IMG/VR virus record: IMGVR_UViG_3300025162_000016
Span: 186,001-250,000 of that record
Length of the DNA stretch: 64,000 nucleotides
Strand: one strand, 5' to 3'
The notes below the pieces were generated by a model. The model had not been told where the DNA came from, made no database searches, and worked only from the letters and a program-made list of their open reading frames with translations. The position numbers were made by a program, and so were the translations under genes. Shown one piece after another: positions 48,737-58,345 of the stretch; positions within the stretch are counted from its first letter, which is position 1, and each line of letters opens with the position of its first letter.

Positions 48737-49825
48737 ATGTTACCACGCACATTTTATATCACCCTTAAAGAAACTCCTTTAAGATATCGTAGTTTTATTG
48801 AATCCGCTAACCTTGCAGGAATATCCGCAGAACCTTTTTTCGGAATTTTCGGTAAAAAATACGGATTATCCGCCAAATATCCCAATATTTTAGAATCTTC
48901 TAATGATAAGATGTTTTTAACCGATGGTGCCATCGGATGCACATTATCACATTTGACTCTTTGGAAAACCCTTTCAATTCTACCCGAGAACGAATTTTTT
49001 ATTTTAGAAGATGACGCCCTTTTTGTGGACAGATTTAAAGAAAAATTCCAATCTATATATGAAAAACTCCCACCCAATTGGGAGTTTGTTTATGTGGGAT
49101 GGATTCCATTTGGACATGATGTTTCGCCAATTATAGTTGATGAAGGAATTAGTATTCGTTTACCTAGTGCGACTCATGCTTATATGGTAAAAAAATCGGC
49201 GTTAGAAAAATTGATAGATGCAGTAGTTCCGATACAATCTCCGCTTGATTTAACTCTCATTCATAAGTTGCTGCCGTCTATTAACTATTTCGTATGTGAT
49301 CCATCATTGGTATCACAAAAGAGTTATCTAAATACTAATGATGCCATATGGACTTCTCTTGTATATGATTGGAAAAACGATCTGTATGGATGTAAAAAGA
49401 AATTATTAAAAGAAATTTCTCTTACGGATGGGTGGCATAATGCAGAGCGTAATGATACGGAAATATGGAGATGGAGTAAAGATATGTTCCTTATTAATAT
49501 CCCTAAGAATATTGATTCTATAACATTATCTTTTAGTACGCCTATAAATAATAATCTTAATCTTTCTATTGGTGACAATCAAACGGAAATCCCTCTTGTT
49601 ATTGGTCATAATGAATTAGAGATATTGACAAATGGAGGAACTCAAATAATTGGTAGGGTAGAAATACCGTTTATACCATCTCAAAAATCTGAGAAAAATA
49701 CCGATACTAGAACATTAGGAATATGTTTAAAACAGATTATTATAAAAATGGGGGCAACTATTATTCCAATTGAACTTTCGGAATTAGGTTCAATTCCGAC
49801 TTTACCTATATCGTTTAAATTGTGA
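48737..49825 (+). CDS. GT25 glycosyltransferase with C-terminal beta domain
   Basis: GCTLSH..LW, ILEDDA, THAYMV. Confidence 0.88.
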   Translation: MLPRTFYITLKETPLRYRSFIESANLAGISAEPFFGIFGKKYGLSAKYPNILESSNDKMFLTDGAIGCTLSHLTLWKTLSILPENEFFILEDDALFVDRFKEKFQSIYEKLPPNWEFVYVGWIPFGHDVSPIIVDEGISIRLPSATHAYMVKKSALEKLIDAVVPIQSPLDLTLIHKLLPSINYFVCDPSLVSQKSYLNTNDAIWTSLVYDWKNDLYGCKKKLLKEISLTDGWHNAERNDTEIWRWSKDMFLINIPKNIDSITLSFSTPINNNLNLSIGDNQTEIPLVIGHNELEILTNGGTQIIGRVEIPFIPSQKSEKNTDTRTLGICLKQIIIKMGATIIPIELSELGSIPTLPISFKL

Positions 49826-50466
49826 TACCGAAAACTATTCATCAAATTTGGATCGGGAATGATCCAATTCCAGATACATGCAACGCATTTATTGAACAGT
49901 GGAAAGCAATGTATTCGGATTACAATCATATTCTTTGGGACGATAGTAGGGTTAAAATTACAAATATTATTCCGGATGATAAACAAAAATATTTCACGTC
50001 GGCATATCCAATAGCATTGCGAGCTGATATTTTGAGATATGAGATTGTTCGTCGGTTTGGCGGGATTTATATTGATGTAGATACCGAACCGCTTAAACGG
50101 ATGGAAGATTATATGTTGAATTGTAGGTTTTTTGGTGGGAAACAATCAGAGCATCAAATCGCCATCGGTATTTTTGGTGCGGAACCACGAAATGAATTAA
50201 TAAATGACGTATGTGCTACCGTGGTCTCAAATATAGAAGATAAACTTGCATCTGGATGCGGGTTGGAATGGGTAGATCAATTGACGGGTCCGATGTATTT
50301 CACTCGTAGGTCTATTCCATATCGATCCGACCCTAGTTATTATTTTTATAATATGATTTATTTCTATCCTTATTCGTGGCTTGAACCGCATCGTCGTCAT
50401 GAGAATTTCAAAATAACGTCTCCGGATGCATATTCCGTTCATCATTGGCAAAAAAAATGGCTGTGA
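49822..50466 (+). CDS. GT32 (DxD) glycosyltransferase
   Basis: IPKTIHQIW, ADILRY, GGIYIDVD, TGP. Confidence 0.92.
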   Translation: MIPKTIHQIWIGNDPIPDTCNAFIEQWKAMYSDYNHILWDDSRVKITNIIPDDKQKYFTSAYPIALRADILRYEIVRRFGGIYIDVDTEPLKRMEDYMLNCRFFGGKQSEHQIAIGIFGAEPRNELINDVCATVVSNIEDKLASGCGLEWVDQLTGPMYFTRRSIPYRSDPSYYFYNMIYFYPYSWLEPHRRHENFKITSPDAYSVHHWQKKWL

Positions 50467-51062
50467 ATTATAATTTTATAGAAATCGGAACATCTGATTT
50501 TGATAGTTTAATTGAAACCGTGGATGATATCGCAACGGGTATAGTAGTAGAGCCGGTTAATTTTTATTTATATAAACTTCCGCATAAACCGAGAATACAC
50601 AAGTTGTGTGCGGCTATTGGAGAAAAGAACTCTCATGCGTTTATTCATTATTTAAATCCAAATATAATTGAGAAATATCAATTACCGGCATGGAGTAAAG
50701 GTTGTAATATGATTGGAAAAAATCATCCTACTGTTATAGATCTTCTTCTAAAAATGAATATTTCACCGGAAGAATATTTTTTAAAAGAGTCGGTTGCCAC
50801 CTATACTCTCAATACGGTTTTTGATATGTTTCAAGTCAATTCTGTAGAAGTTGTTAAAATAGATGCCGAAGGGGACGATTGTATGATTATGCGACAACTT
50901 CATAGTATAATTTGTCAAAATCGTATTTACAAACCTCGTAAAATTTATTTTGAAACAAATGAATTGGGGATAAAAAAGGATATTGAAGATATTAGAACGA
51001 TGTTCATGAATATTGGTTATAAAGTGACAGTTGGAAGTGAGGATAGTTACCTGTTCTATTGA
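50457..51062 (+). CDS. FkbM-family methyltransferase
   Basis: FIEIG, VEPV, KIDAEGDD. Confidence 0.85.
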   Translation: MAVNYNFIEIGTSDFDSLIETVDDIATGIVVEPVNFYLYKLPHKPRIHKLCAAIGEKNSHAFIHYLNPNIIEKYQLPAWSKGCNMIGKNHPTVIDLLLKMNISPEEYFLKESVATYTLNTVFDMFQVNSVEVVKIDAEGDDCMIMRQLHSIICQNRIYKPRKIYFETNELGIKKDIEDIRTMFMNIGYKVTVGSEDSYLFY

Positions 51063-51307
51063 AATTTATTCTCGCTAAATTTAGGTTTTTAAAACACTCG
51101 GGACTATAAACTCCGTGCTGGAATATTTCTATTCTCATCTTTTTGTTAGTCAATTAACCTATGTTTATTAACATTCTTCACCGGAAAAATATATTAAAAC
51201 AAGCGATTTATTGACAGAATTTCACTTCGGTTGCAGTTTTAATGTTGACGCAGTGGACACCACCTACTCGTCAACCCACAACTGTTTATTTTATTAGAAC
51301 TGAAGTT

Positions 51308-51335
51308 ACTATAGCAGAATTTCTATAAATGTCAA
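51308..51335 (-). promoter_or_regulatory. sigma70 promoter facing an ORF-poor structured region
   Basis: TTGACA-16nt-TATAGT with TG extension on minus strand. Confidence 0.6.
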
Positions 51336-51469
51336 CATTTTTCTATAAAATGTTTGCTCTTTTCTGATACTATGTTAGAATTGTTACACGGATAAGTTCA
51401 TATGGATTTAATAGTTGGGTTATATCATTTCTAATCGCTTTTTGTCATGTGAATAGATATTTATATGAC

Positions 51470-52666
51470 ATGAGCGATTATCGATCTTATTTTTTAAAAT
51501 CATTGGGTCTTAGAGAAGACCAGTTACCAGGAGGAATTGGGGATGATACCTCTTCTATTCAAGTAAGTCCCGAACAGTTGGCTATGGGTATTAAGTTGGA
51601 AATGGAGCATACCTATGATCCGACGCTGGCAAGAGAGATTGCCTTGGATCATCTTACAGAAGATCCCGAGTATTATTCTCATTTAAAATCTGCCGGTATG
51701 GCGGATGAATTATCGAATGAAAAATCATCGCAGCCGGGACCAACGATGAGAAACCGACTTCTGGGTCCATCTCAAATTTCACATCCTTCTGTAATTGCGG
51801 TGGCTGTTCGTGGAACTAAAACCGGTCTCCTTCCTGCCGGTGGATATGTTGAAGATTCAGAGAAATCTAAATTTGGTGGGTGGGAAAAGATGAAAGTATT
51901 ACCACAAGGTGGTGTAGTAGGAGATCTAGAAAAAGCCCGTTTAGGTGGGCTTGAACGAGTTAAAAATATTAAGCCCAATTCTCAAGGTGCAATTTCGGAT
52001 ACTCCCGCCTCGGATGAGATTAAATCAAAAGGTGGGCATTTTACTCCTAATAATCAAAGAATAACCGGTGATGATTGTCCCGTGACTAGTGAAAAAGGTA
52101 ATGATGCTATTCACCCAATGCAGGTTCAGCAATTAGGTAATCCGCCGATTGAGGATGATGGAACAACTCGCAATGGTAAAGACTCTCCGGCGGCTGCTAT
52201 CGCAGGTGTGGAAGGCGGTTCTGCGCCAGATTCTATAGATGGTTCGCATCCAATGGACAAATTTATTGCCGGGGATGCGGAAGAAGAAAATTTATCAATG
52301 GGTGGGGAACCCGATGAGGTTAATATACCCGACGAATCCGGTGAAGAAAAGGAAACGGGTCCGTGGGGTATAGAACTGGATCGCCCGAAAGAAGAAGAAG
52401 AGGAAAAAGGAGAAGGAGAAGATGTTGCTATTGATATTAAAGAGAACGAAGAATGTGAGTGTGGAAATTCGGATATGAAACGCCGGTTTCAACAGTTAGC
52501 TAACATTAAAACGCCGGAAACCAAAGTAAAAGTAAAAGTTAGTGTTCAGCCAGAAAAACTTAAACAACTTAGAGAACTTGTAGGGAGATTAAATGCTCAA
52601 GGTAAAGTTACTCCAATCTTGTCTAAAGCTCAGAAATATCTTAAAGAATTTGATGGTTCAAAATGA
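51470..52666 (+). CDS. DUF5661-domain acidic, low-complexity protein
   Basis: MGIKLEMEHT...AREIALDHLTEDPEYY; start 4 nt after TATTTATA. Confidence 0.75.
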   Translation: MSDYRSYFLKSLGLREDQLPGGIGDDTSSIQVSPEQLAMGIKLEMEHTYDPTLAREIALDHLTEDPEYYSHLKSAGMADELSNEKSSQPGPTMRNRLLGPSQISHPSVIAVAVRGTKTGLLPAGGYVEDSEKSKFGGWEKMKVLPQGGVVGDLEKARLGGLERVKNIKPNSQGAISDTPASDEIKSKGGHFTPNNQRITGDDCPVTSEKGNDAIHPMQVQQLGNPPIEDDGTTRNGKDSPAAAIAGVEGGSAPDSIDGSHPMDKFIAGDAEEENLSMGGEPDEVNIPDESGEEKETGPWGIELDRPKEEEEEKGEGEDVAIDIKENEECECGNSDMKRRFQQLANIKTPETKVKVKVSVQPEKLKQLRELVGRLNAQGKVTPILSKAQKYLKEFDGSK

Positions 52667-53631
52667 ATATTGGAGTAACAATAGATATGGAGTTAAAACC
52701 GAGGTTTACGAGTTTGTATGGTTCAATGTCTAAACGGCTTGGAATTAAAAAGGCTCCTCAAATTATTTTAACTCAAAGTATTTCTAATGCGAATAAACCA
52801 TTTGGTAAAACGGCGTATTATGATCCTCAGAAAAAACTTGTAAAGGTTTATATTACTAAACGGCACCCGACTGATATTTTACGTAGTTTCGCTCATGAAC
52901 TGATTCATCATTGGCAAAATGAACATGATGCTCTTCCGCCACAGCAAACTGGACAAGAACACTATGCTCAGAAAGACCCAGTTTTACGGCAACGAGAAAT
53001 GGAGGCGTATTTATTGGGCAACATATTATTCCGTGATTGGCAAGATGAAAATAGATATGGGGCTATTAATGAAAACATTGAAATGAATAACAAAGAAACT
53101 ATTCGGGCAATTATTCGAAAAATTCTTTTTGAATTTGTTAAACCACGAGTAATTAGTAATAAAACGATTACTAAATCCGAACTTCGAAAACTCATTAAGG
53201 AGCGAATTGAAGAAATGGGTAAAAAGAAAAACTCTGTTGCTAAAAAAGGGAATCCTTCACCAAACCAAAATTACGCTCAATGGTTGCAGCAAATGTTTAC
53301 TCATAGTGATACGCAGAATAAAAAAGCTCAGAAGTACTATGCTATTGGATTTGGGGGTGATTATTATTGTTGGTATTGGGATACTACCACGCAACAGGTA
53401 GTTACCGCTCACGGTGGAAGTCACGCCAAGACTTTTGGAAATAAAATTCCTTACATGACATTTAGAGGTCGCTATGATGTCAATACTAAAGAGTTAAGTA
53501 TGACTATTCCGGAATATGGCAAGATGAAGATTACTAAAGATCCACGGCGAGATGCTCCTCCTGAGTTACTGGCGGCATTAAAAAAGACTTTTCCTGGTCA
53601 TAAATTATTTTATTTTCCATTTACTGTATGA
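52663..53631 (+). CDS. zincin-like (HExxH) protein with extra C-terminal domain
   Basis: SFAHELIHH...REMEAY. Confidence 0.7.
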   Translation: MNIGVTIDMELKPRFTSLYGSMSKRLGIKKAPQIILTQSISNANKPFGKTAYYDPQKKLVKVYITKRHPTDILRSFAHELIHHWQNEHDALPPQQTGQEHYAQKDPVLRQREMEAYLLGNILFRDWQDENRYGAINENIEMNNKETIRAIIRKILFEFVKPRVISNKTITKSELRKLIKERIEEMGKKKNSVAKKGNPSPNQNYAQWLQQMFTHSDTQNKKAQKYYAIGFGGDYYCWYWDTTTQQVVTAHGGSHAKTFGNKIPYMTFRGRYDVNTKELSMTIPEYGKMKITKDPRRDAPPELLAALKKTFPGHKLFYFPFTV

Positions 53632-53885
53632 ATGAAGACCCCTATATTTTATTGTTTAGACGAAAGACTATTAATGCTGGTGAAGTTGCAGAACCGGTGC
53701 AACACTGGTCCGAGATAGACATAAAAAAACTCGAAGAATTCTGTAATAATCATAACATAGTGGGATTTAACTGCGGAAATGTTCCTCCCTTAGTAGCACT
53801 TAGGTTATTGAAAAATAAATTAGGTTTTTGTGATGAAGGAAATGCAACTGGCAATCCGACAAAAAAACAACTTATATACGGATAA
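53628..53885 (+). CDS. hypothetical protein
   Basis: ATGA overlap. Confidence 0.6.
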   Translation: MNEDPYILLFRRKTINAGEVAEPVQHWSEIDIKKLEEFCNNHNIVGFNCGNVPPLVALRLLKNKLGFCDEGNATGNPTKKQLIYG

Positions 53886-53933
53886 TTAGTGAGTAAATTG
53901 AAATTTTAATGAAATGCAAATATATTTATATCT

Positions 53934-54641
53934 ATGACCAAACATGAACTTAGAAATCTCGTTGTTGAAGAAATGCGATCATATCTTCTTGAAAGCAAAA
54001 AAAGAAATACTGTGAAGCGATCGGAACTTAAAGGACTTATTAAAGAAGTTGTACGCCAATGTGTAAAAGAAGCGGGTCCGCAATATAAAGTGAGAGGTAA
54101 AAAATCTCAACTGGAGCAGCCGGGATTGCGCAATAAAGCTCGTGAGATGCAATGTGACCCTACTATCAACGAAGAATTTCCGGTAGGTGAAGATGAATTT
54201 CCGGCTACAGATGCTCCTGAAAGTGAGATTGGTGGAGATGAGCATACTGAATATAACGAGCAAGATGAGATTCGTTTAATTAAAGCCATGGGTCAAGCCA
54301 TTATTAAGCTTTTGCAGATGCATCGTGGTATGGATGAACCCGAAAGCGGCGAAGAAAGTAGTGAAGTTGATTCCGAAATAGAAGGTGTTGACGGAGAATC
54401 GGTGCCAGACGTTCCCGAAGAACCTATTGAGGATGAAGAATCTGCTGCACCGTTCCCTCCAAAAAAGAAAGCGGCACCAAAAAAAGATGAAGCGGAAACA
54501 GAACCGGATGAACCGGAAGAAGATGAATTAGATGAGGCTAAAACTCAAAATCGTTCGTATACTACTGCCAAAGATGGTCCGCAGAATCCTAAAAACGTTC
54601 GTGATTCGAAGGTTCCAATGACTGAACGCAAACGACGATAA
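53934..54641 (+). CDS. acidic low-complexity protein (scaffold/internal-head-like)
   Basis: Repeated EL..L(I/V).E helices, E/D-rich; TATTTATA box upstream. Confidence 0.6.
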   Translation: MTKHELRNLVVEEMRSYLLESKKRNTVKRSELKGLIKEVVRQCVKEAGPQYKVRGKKSQLEQPGLRNKAREMQCDPTINEEFPVGEDEFPATDAPESEIGGDEHTEYNEQDEIRLIKAMGQAIIKLLQMHRGMDEPESGEESSEVDSEIEGVDGESVPDVPEEPIEDEESAAPFPPKKKAAPKKDEAETEPDEPEEDELDEAKTQNRSYTTAKDGPQNPKNVRDSKVPMTERKRR

Positions 54642-54676
54642 AACGTAAATAAAATAAGTTGTTTTTTACAGAAAAT

Positions 54677-54715
54677 GCGCTATAATGACTTCATAATGTT
54701 GTTATGGCGTTTTTT
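54677..54715 (+). terminator. probable intrinsic terminator
   Basis: GCGCTATAATGAC/GTTGTTATGGCGT stem with G-U pairs, then T-run. Confidence 0.55.
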
Positions 54716-54750
54716 CTGCCTAGTTATAAAGAACGGATACACATACAAAT

Positions 54751-55047
54751 ATGCAAATATACATTACAGATACGACATTGAAGCCGGTTCAGGATAAGGT
54801 TTTTACCGATTATAACTTGGCGGTTAAATACTTAGAAGGCATTTCACAGAGAGCATTTGGTCAATCTCGAAAAGATTACATGATATTATTAGAATCATGC
54901 GGGCATGGCGATGATGACAGAGGTTCCGTTACATTTGTTCGAGCCATGGCTGAACGAATTGAAATTGGAATTATTAGAGATGGGAGAAAAATGCGATGTG
55001 ATATAACCGCTGCCTTTGCTTTTAATAAACCAGAGTATGGATCTTGA
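54751..55047 (+). CDS. hypothetical protein
   Basis: 98 aa ORF. Confidence 0.65.
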   Translation: MQIYITDTTLKPVQDKVFTDYNLAVKYLEGISQRAFGQSRKDYMILLESCGHGDDDRGSVTFVRAMAERIEIGIIRDGRKMRCDITAAFAFNKPEYGS

Positions 55048-56686
55048 AATAGAGTGGGAATTACCATATAAAATTAAAGTAGGTGCTATAGATCAATGGC
55101 GTCGAATATGGCTCATTCCCATTTCTACTAGAAATGCTTTTTTTGAATTCTGGAGAGAGGTTAAATTTCAATTGTTATCTGAAGGGTTTCGAGTTTATAA
55201 AGAAGAAGACGAATGGTTTCTGTCTGAAACTAAACTTTCTAAACTCCAATTTAAACCTATTGGTATCACTCGTAAACAAGATGCCCCGGAATTATCAGAT
55301 TATCTATTGCCGGTATATGATATTAAGGATGATACAGGATTGCGTCCATGGCAAGCAATTGCAGCGGGGCGTTTAGTTTCGGCTATTAACCAATGGGGGT
55401 CTGCTATTGATGGTTCAGATACCGGCACTGGGAAAACATTTTCTGCATGTGCCGTCGCTAGAGATATGGATATGCAGATAGTAGTAGTATGTCCTAAAGC
55501 AGTTATTTCACAATGGAATGATGTAATTAAAAATCATTTTCATATGCAGGATCGTCTAATTTCTGTTACCAACTACGAACAGCTTAAAATCGGAAAAACA
55601 AGTTCAGAATTGGCATCTTTTGTCATTCCTCGTGATACTCGTAAAAAAACATTCCAGTGGAAGGTGCCTAAAAACACTCTTATTATATGGGATGAATCGC
55701 AAAAACTCAAGAATTGGAAAACTAAAAATGCCAAGACTTGTATTGCGGCATATAAACAAGGATATAAACAGTTGTTTTGTTCTGCTACTAATGCCACTAA
55801 TCCGCTTGAACTTCGAACGGTAGGTAATAGTTTAAAATTATTTAAAGGTGGACAACAGGGGTGGTATCAATGGTTACATGAACATGGTTGTAAAAAGGGA
55901 ATGTGGGGAATGGAGTTTACTTCCGATAATAAGCTTCGTCAAAAAGTTCTTAAAAAACTTCATAAGGATATATTCATGGATCGGGGAGTGCGATTACGAC
56001 GAGATACCATTCCGGATTTTCCAAAATGTGATTTGTATGCGGTTCTTCTTGATATGGAGAAGGATGATACTAATCAAATCAATGCGATTTATGCAGAGAT
56101 GGAAAAAGAATTGAAGGCACTTGATAAGGTGGCTAATGCCAACAAGATGAATCATCTCGTTATTGAGCTTCGGCATCGACAGCGAATTGAATTGACAAAG
56201 GTTCCCCTGTTTATCAATATGATCGAAGAAGCTAAAGATGAAGGTTTCTCAATAGTGCTTTTTGTTAATTTTACTGCTACAATTACAGCGATATCTGATA
56301 GATTAGGTATTTCATGTATTTTCGATGGTAAAGTAGGGGATGCTGTCCGAGAATTAAATAAACAGCGGTTTCAAAATAACGAGGAACAAGTTATTCTAGT
56401 TAATGTCCAATCTGGAGGTGGCGGGTTAAGTTTGCACGATTTGCAGGGTGGACATCCTCGGTTAGCACTTATCTCTCCATCTTATTCGCCGGTTAATATG
56501 AGACAAGTAATAGGGCGAATATGGCGAGATGATGCAAAGACAAAAGGAATCCAAAAATTAGTGTGCGTCAAAGGAACCGTGGAAGAAAATGTGTATCACA
56601 ATGTAATGAAAAAATTAAACAATTTGGATCTTTTAAACGATGGAGATCTTCGGTTATCTCCACAATATGAAGAAGTTAAACAATAA
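55037..56686 (+). CDS. SF2 (SNF2-like) helicase/ATPase
   Basis: DTGTGKT, DESQ, SAT, G.GLSL, Q.IGRI.R. Confidence 0.92.
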   Translation: MDLEIEWELPYKIKVGAIDQWRRIWLIPISTRNAFFEFWREVKFQLLSEGFRVYKEEDEWFLSETKLSKLQFKPIGITRKQDAPELSDYLLPVYDIKDDTGLRPWQAIAAGRLVSAINQWGSAIDGSDTGTGKTFSACAVARDMDMQIVVVCPKAVISQWNDVIKNHFHMQDRLISVTNYEQLKIGKTSSELASFVIPRDTRKKTFQWKVPKNTLIIWDESQKLKNWKTKNAKTCIAAYKQGYKQLFCSATNATNPLELRTVGNSLKLFKGGQQGWYQWLHEHGCKKGMWGMEFTSDNKLRQKVLKKLHKDIFMDRGVRLRRDTIPDFPKCDLYAVLLDMEKDDTNQINAIYAEMEKELKALDKVANANKMNHLVIELRHRQRIELTKVPLFINMIEEAKDEGFSIVLFVNFTATITAISDRLGISCIFDGKVGDAVRELNKQRFQNNEEQVILVNVQSGGGGLSLHDLQGGHPRLALISPSYSPVNMRQVIGRIWRDDAKTKGIQKLVCVKGTVEENVYHNVMKKLNNLDLLNDGDLRLSPQYEEVKQ

Positions 56687-56697
56687 TTTTACGTTTT

Positions 56698-57072
56698 ATG
56701 AATATGTCGAAAGTCATGAAGTCCTCTACCATTAAAAAAATAATTGTAAAAATAAATGGAAAACGAAGTATCGTAACAGTTGATGCTGCCGTGTTCGATG
56801 ATATTTTTATTGAAGCAGCAACTCGGGTTATTGAAAAACATCGAGAAAATATGTCTTTTTTTCATAAGATATTAATTATCGGCGAATGTTATGAAGTTGA
56901 ACATGAATCCGATCCAGAGAAACATTTTCAAATTAATTTATATCATATCCTACTCAATGCGGGGTTGTATTCAGTAGCAGAACTTCTTAGAGAGAAGACA
57001 AAGAATTTGCATAATGTTGACATACAACTTGAACCTGCTCGTGCCAATGTCAGAAAATCTACTAACTCCTGA
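56698..57072 (+). CDS. hypothetical protein
   Basis: 124 aa ORF. Confidence 0.65.
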   Translation: MNMSKVMKSSTIKKIIVKINGKRSIVTVDAAVFDDIFIEAATRVIEKHRENMSFFHKILIIGECYEVEHESDPEKHFQINLYHILLNAGLYSVAELLREKTKNLHNVDIQLEPARANVRKSTNS

Positions 57073-57838
57073 TATCAGTGGTTCTATAGTTGAGCAATTT
57101 GGATTACGTAGTCCAGTTGATACTTCAATGAAGGGCGATGAACGAGTTATTGCTGTTTTAGCTAAAAAGGTGGATGATTTAGCTAAAGAACTGTATGAAG
57201 TAAAAAAGGAGAAGCTATTAAAAGAAACACATCTACCCCTCGAAGTATTAGAACACTTAGGATTGCCACCTAATCCTCCTACTCCACTTAAACGAGGCAG
57301 GGGATATCGTCCTTTGATGGCGCATGAAATTATTGAAGCTAAAGCTATTATCCGAGGGAAAAAAGGATTTGTTAATGAAGCAATGGTAGCTCGTTATTTA
57401 AGGATATCTTTCATCACGTATAAAAAATATGCGAGACGTTATAATTTATGGGAGCCCAATCCAAATCTAAAAGGAAAAAAAGGACTTTATGATCCAGAAA
57501 GAGGTCGCTATCCTTTAAGTGAAATTTTATTAGGAAAATATCCTGAGTATCCGGTATTCAGAGTAAAAGATAAACTTATTCGAAGTAAAATAAAAGAACC
57601 CAAATGTGAACTTTGCGGTTTTCATGAAAAAAGAATACTCGATGGAAAAATACCCCTACTTTTAAATTTCATGGATGGGAATGAAAAAAATCATGCGTTG
57701 GAGAATATGAAATTATATTGTCTTAATTGCACTTTCACCAGTGGTAGAGGTTACATTCGGAGTGGTCAACATTATTTCGATACAGATTGGTTGCAAGACG
57801 GAAAAAAAAGTTCAGCGGAGGAATCAAATCGATGGTGA
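57047..57838 (+). CDS. HTH plus degenerate HNH zinc-finger protein
   Basis: VARYLRIS..TYKKY; CELC...DGN..N..LEN...CLNC without the catalytic His. Confidence 0.6.
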   Translation: MSENLLTPDISGSIVEQFGLRSPVDTSMKGDERVIAVLAKKVDDLAKELYEVKKEKLLKETHLPLEVLEHLGLPPNPPTPLKRGRGYRPLMAHEIIEAKAIIRGKKGFVNEAMVARYLRISFITYKKYARRYNLWEPNPNLKGKKGLYDPERGRYPLSEILLGKYPEYPVFRVKDKLIRSKIKEPKCELCGFHEKRILDGKIPLLLNFMDGNEKNHALENMKLYCLNCTFTSGRGYIRSGQHYFDTDWLQDGKKSSAEESNRW

Positions 57839-57850
57839 TATTTATAATAT

Positions 57851-58297
57851 ATGAAAGACCAACCAATGCATATTCTTACACAAGAAGGAATTCTTTCTTC
57901 GTTTTCGATCTCTCAAAAGTTGACGGAGAAAGAAGTGAACGTTCTTCTTTCAAAGGCCAAACGTAAATGTAAAAATAAAGAGAATCCATTGGATATTGTT
58001 CAAAACAATGTTTTGGAAGAGATCGTGAATGCTACCAAAAATGGAACCCTTCCCGGTATTATTGTAGACGAAAAAGAAGAAGAACCATTACTTCCCATCA
58101 AATCCATTGATTTCCTCAATCATATGGTAATGGTTATTTCTCAGAAATTTAAAAATAAAAAATTAGATAAATTATCTCTTTGCTATTTTATAAATTTCTT
58201 GGTGGGTAATCTTAACTTATCCGAAGAAGATTTTGAAGACTTTCATCGCCGTGTTCAAGAAGCTAAAGGGGGCGATGATAATGATGATTACGAATAA
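57851..58297 (+). CDS. hypothetical protein
   Basis: TATTTATA box 4 nt upstream. Confidence 0.65.
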   Translation: MKDQPMHILTQEGILSSFSISQKLTEKEVNVLLSKAKRKCKNKENPLDIVQNNVLEEIVNATKNGTLPGIIVDEKEEEPLLPIKSIDFLNHMVMVISQKFKNKKLDKLSLCYFINFLVGNLNLSEEDFEDFHRRVQEAKGGDDNDDYE

Positions 58298-58345
58298 AAT
58301 AACTTGATTGTTTTTAAAAATTGTGTTATTTTTTAGCAAAATTAT

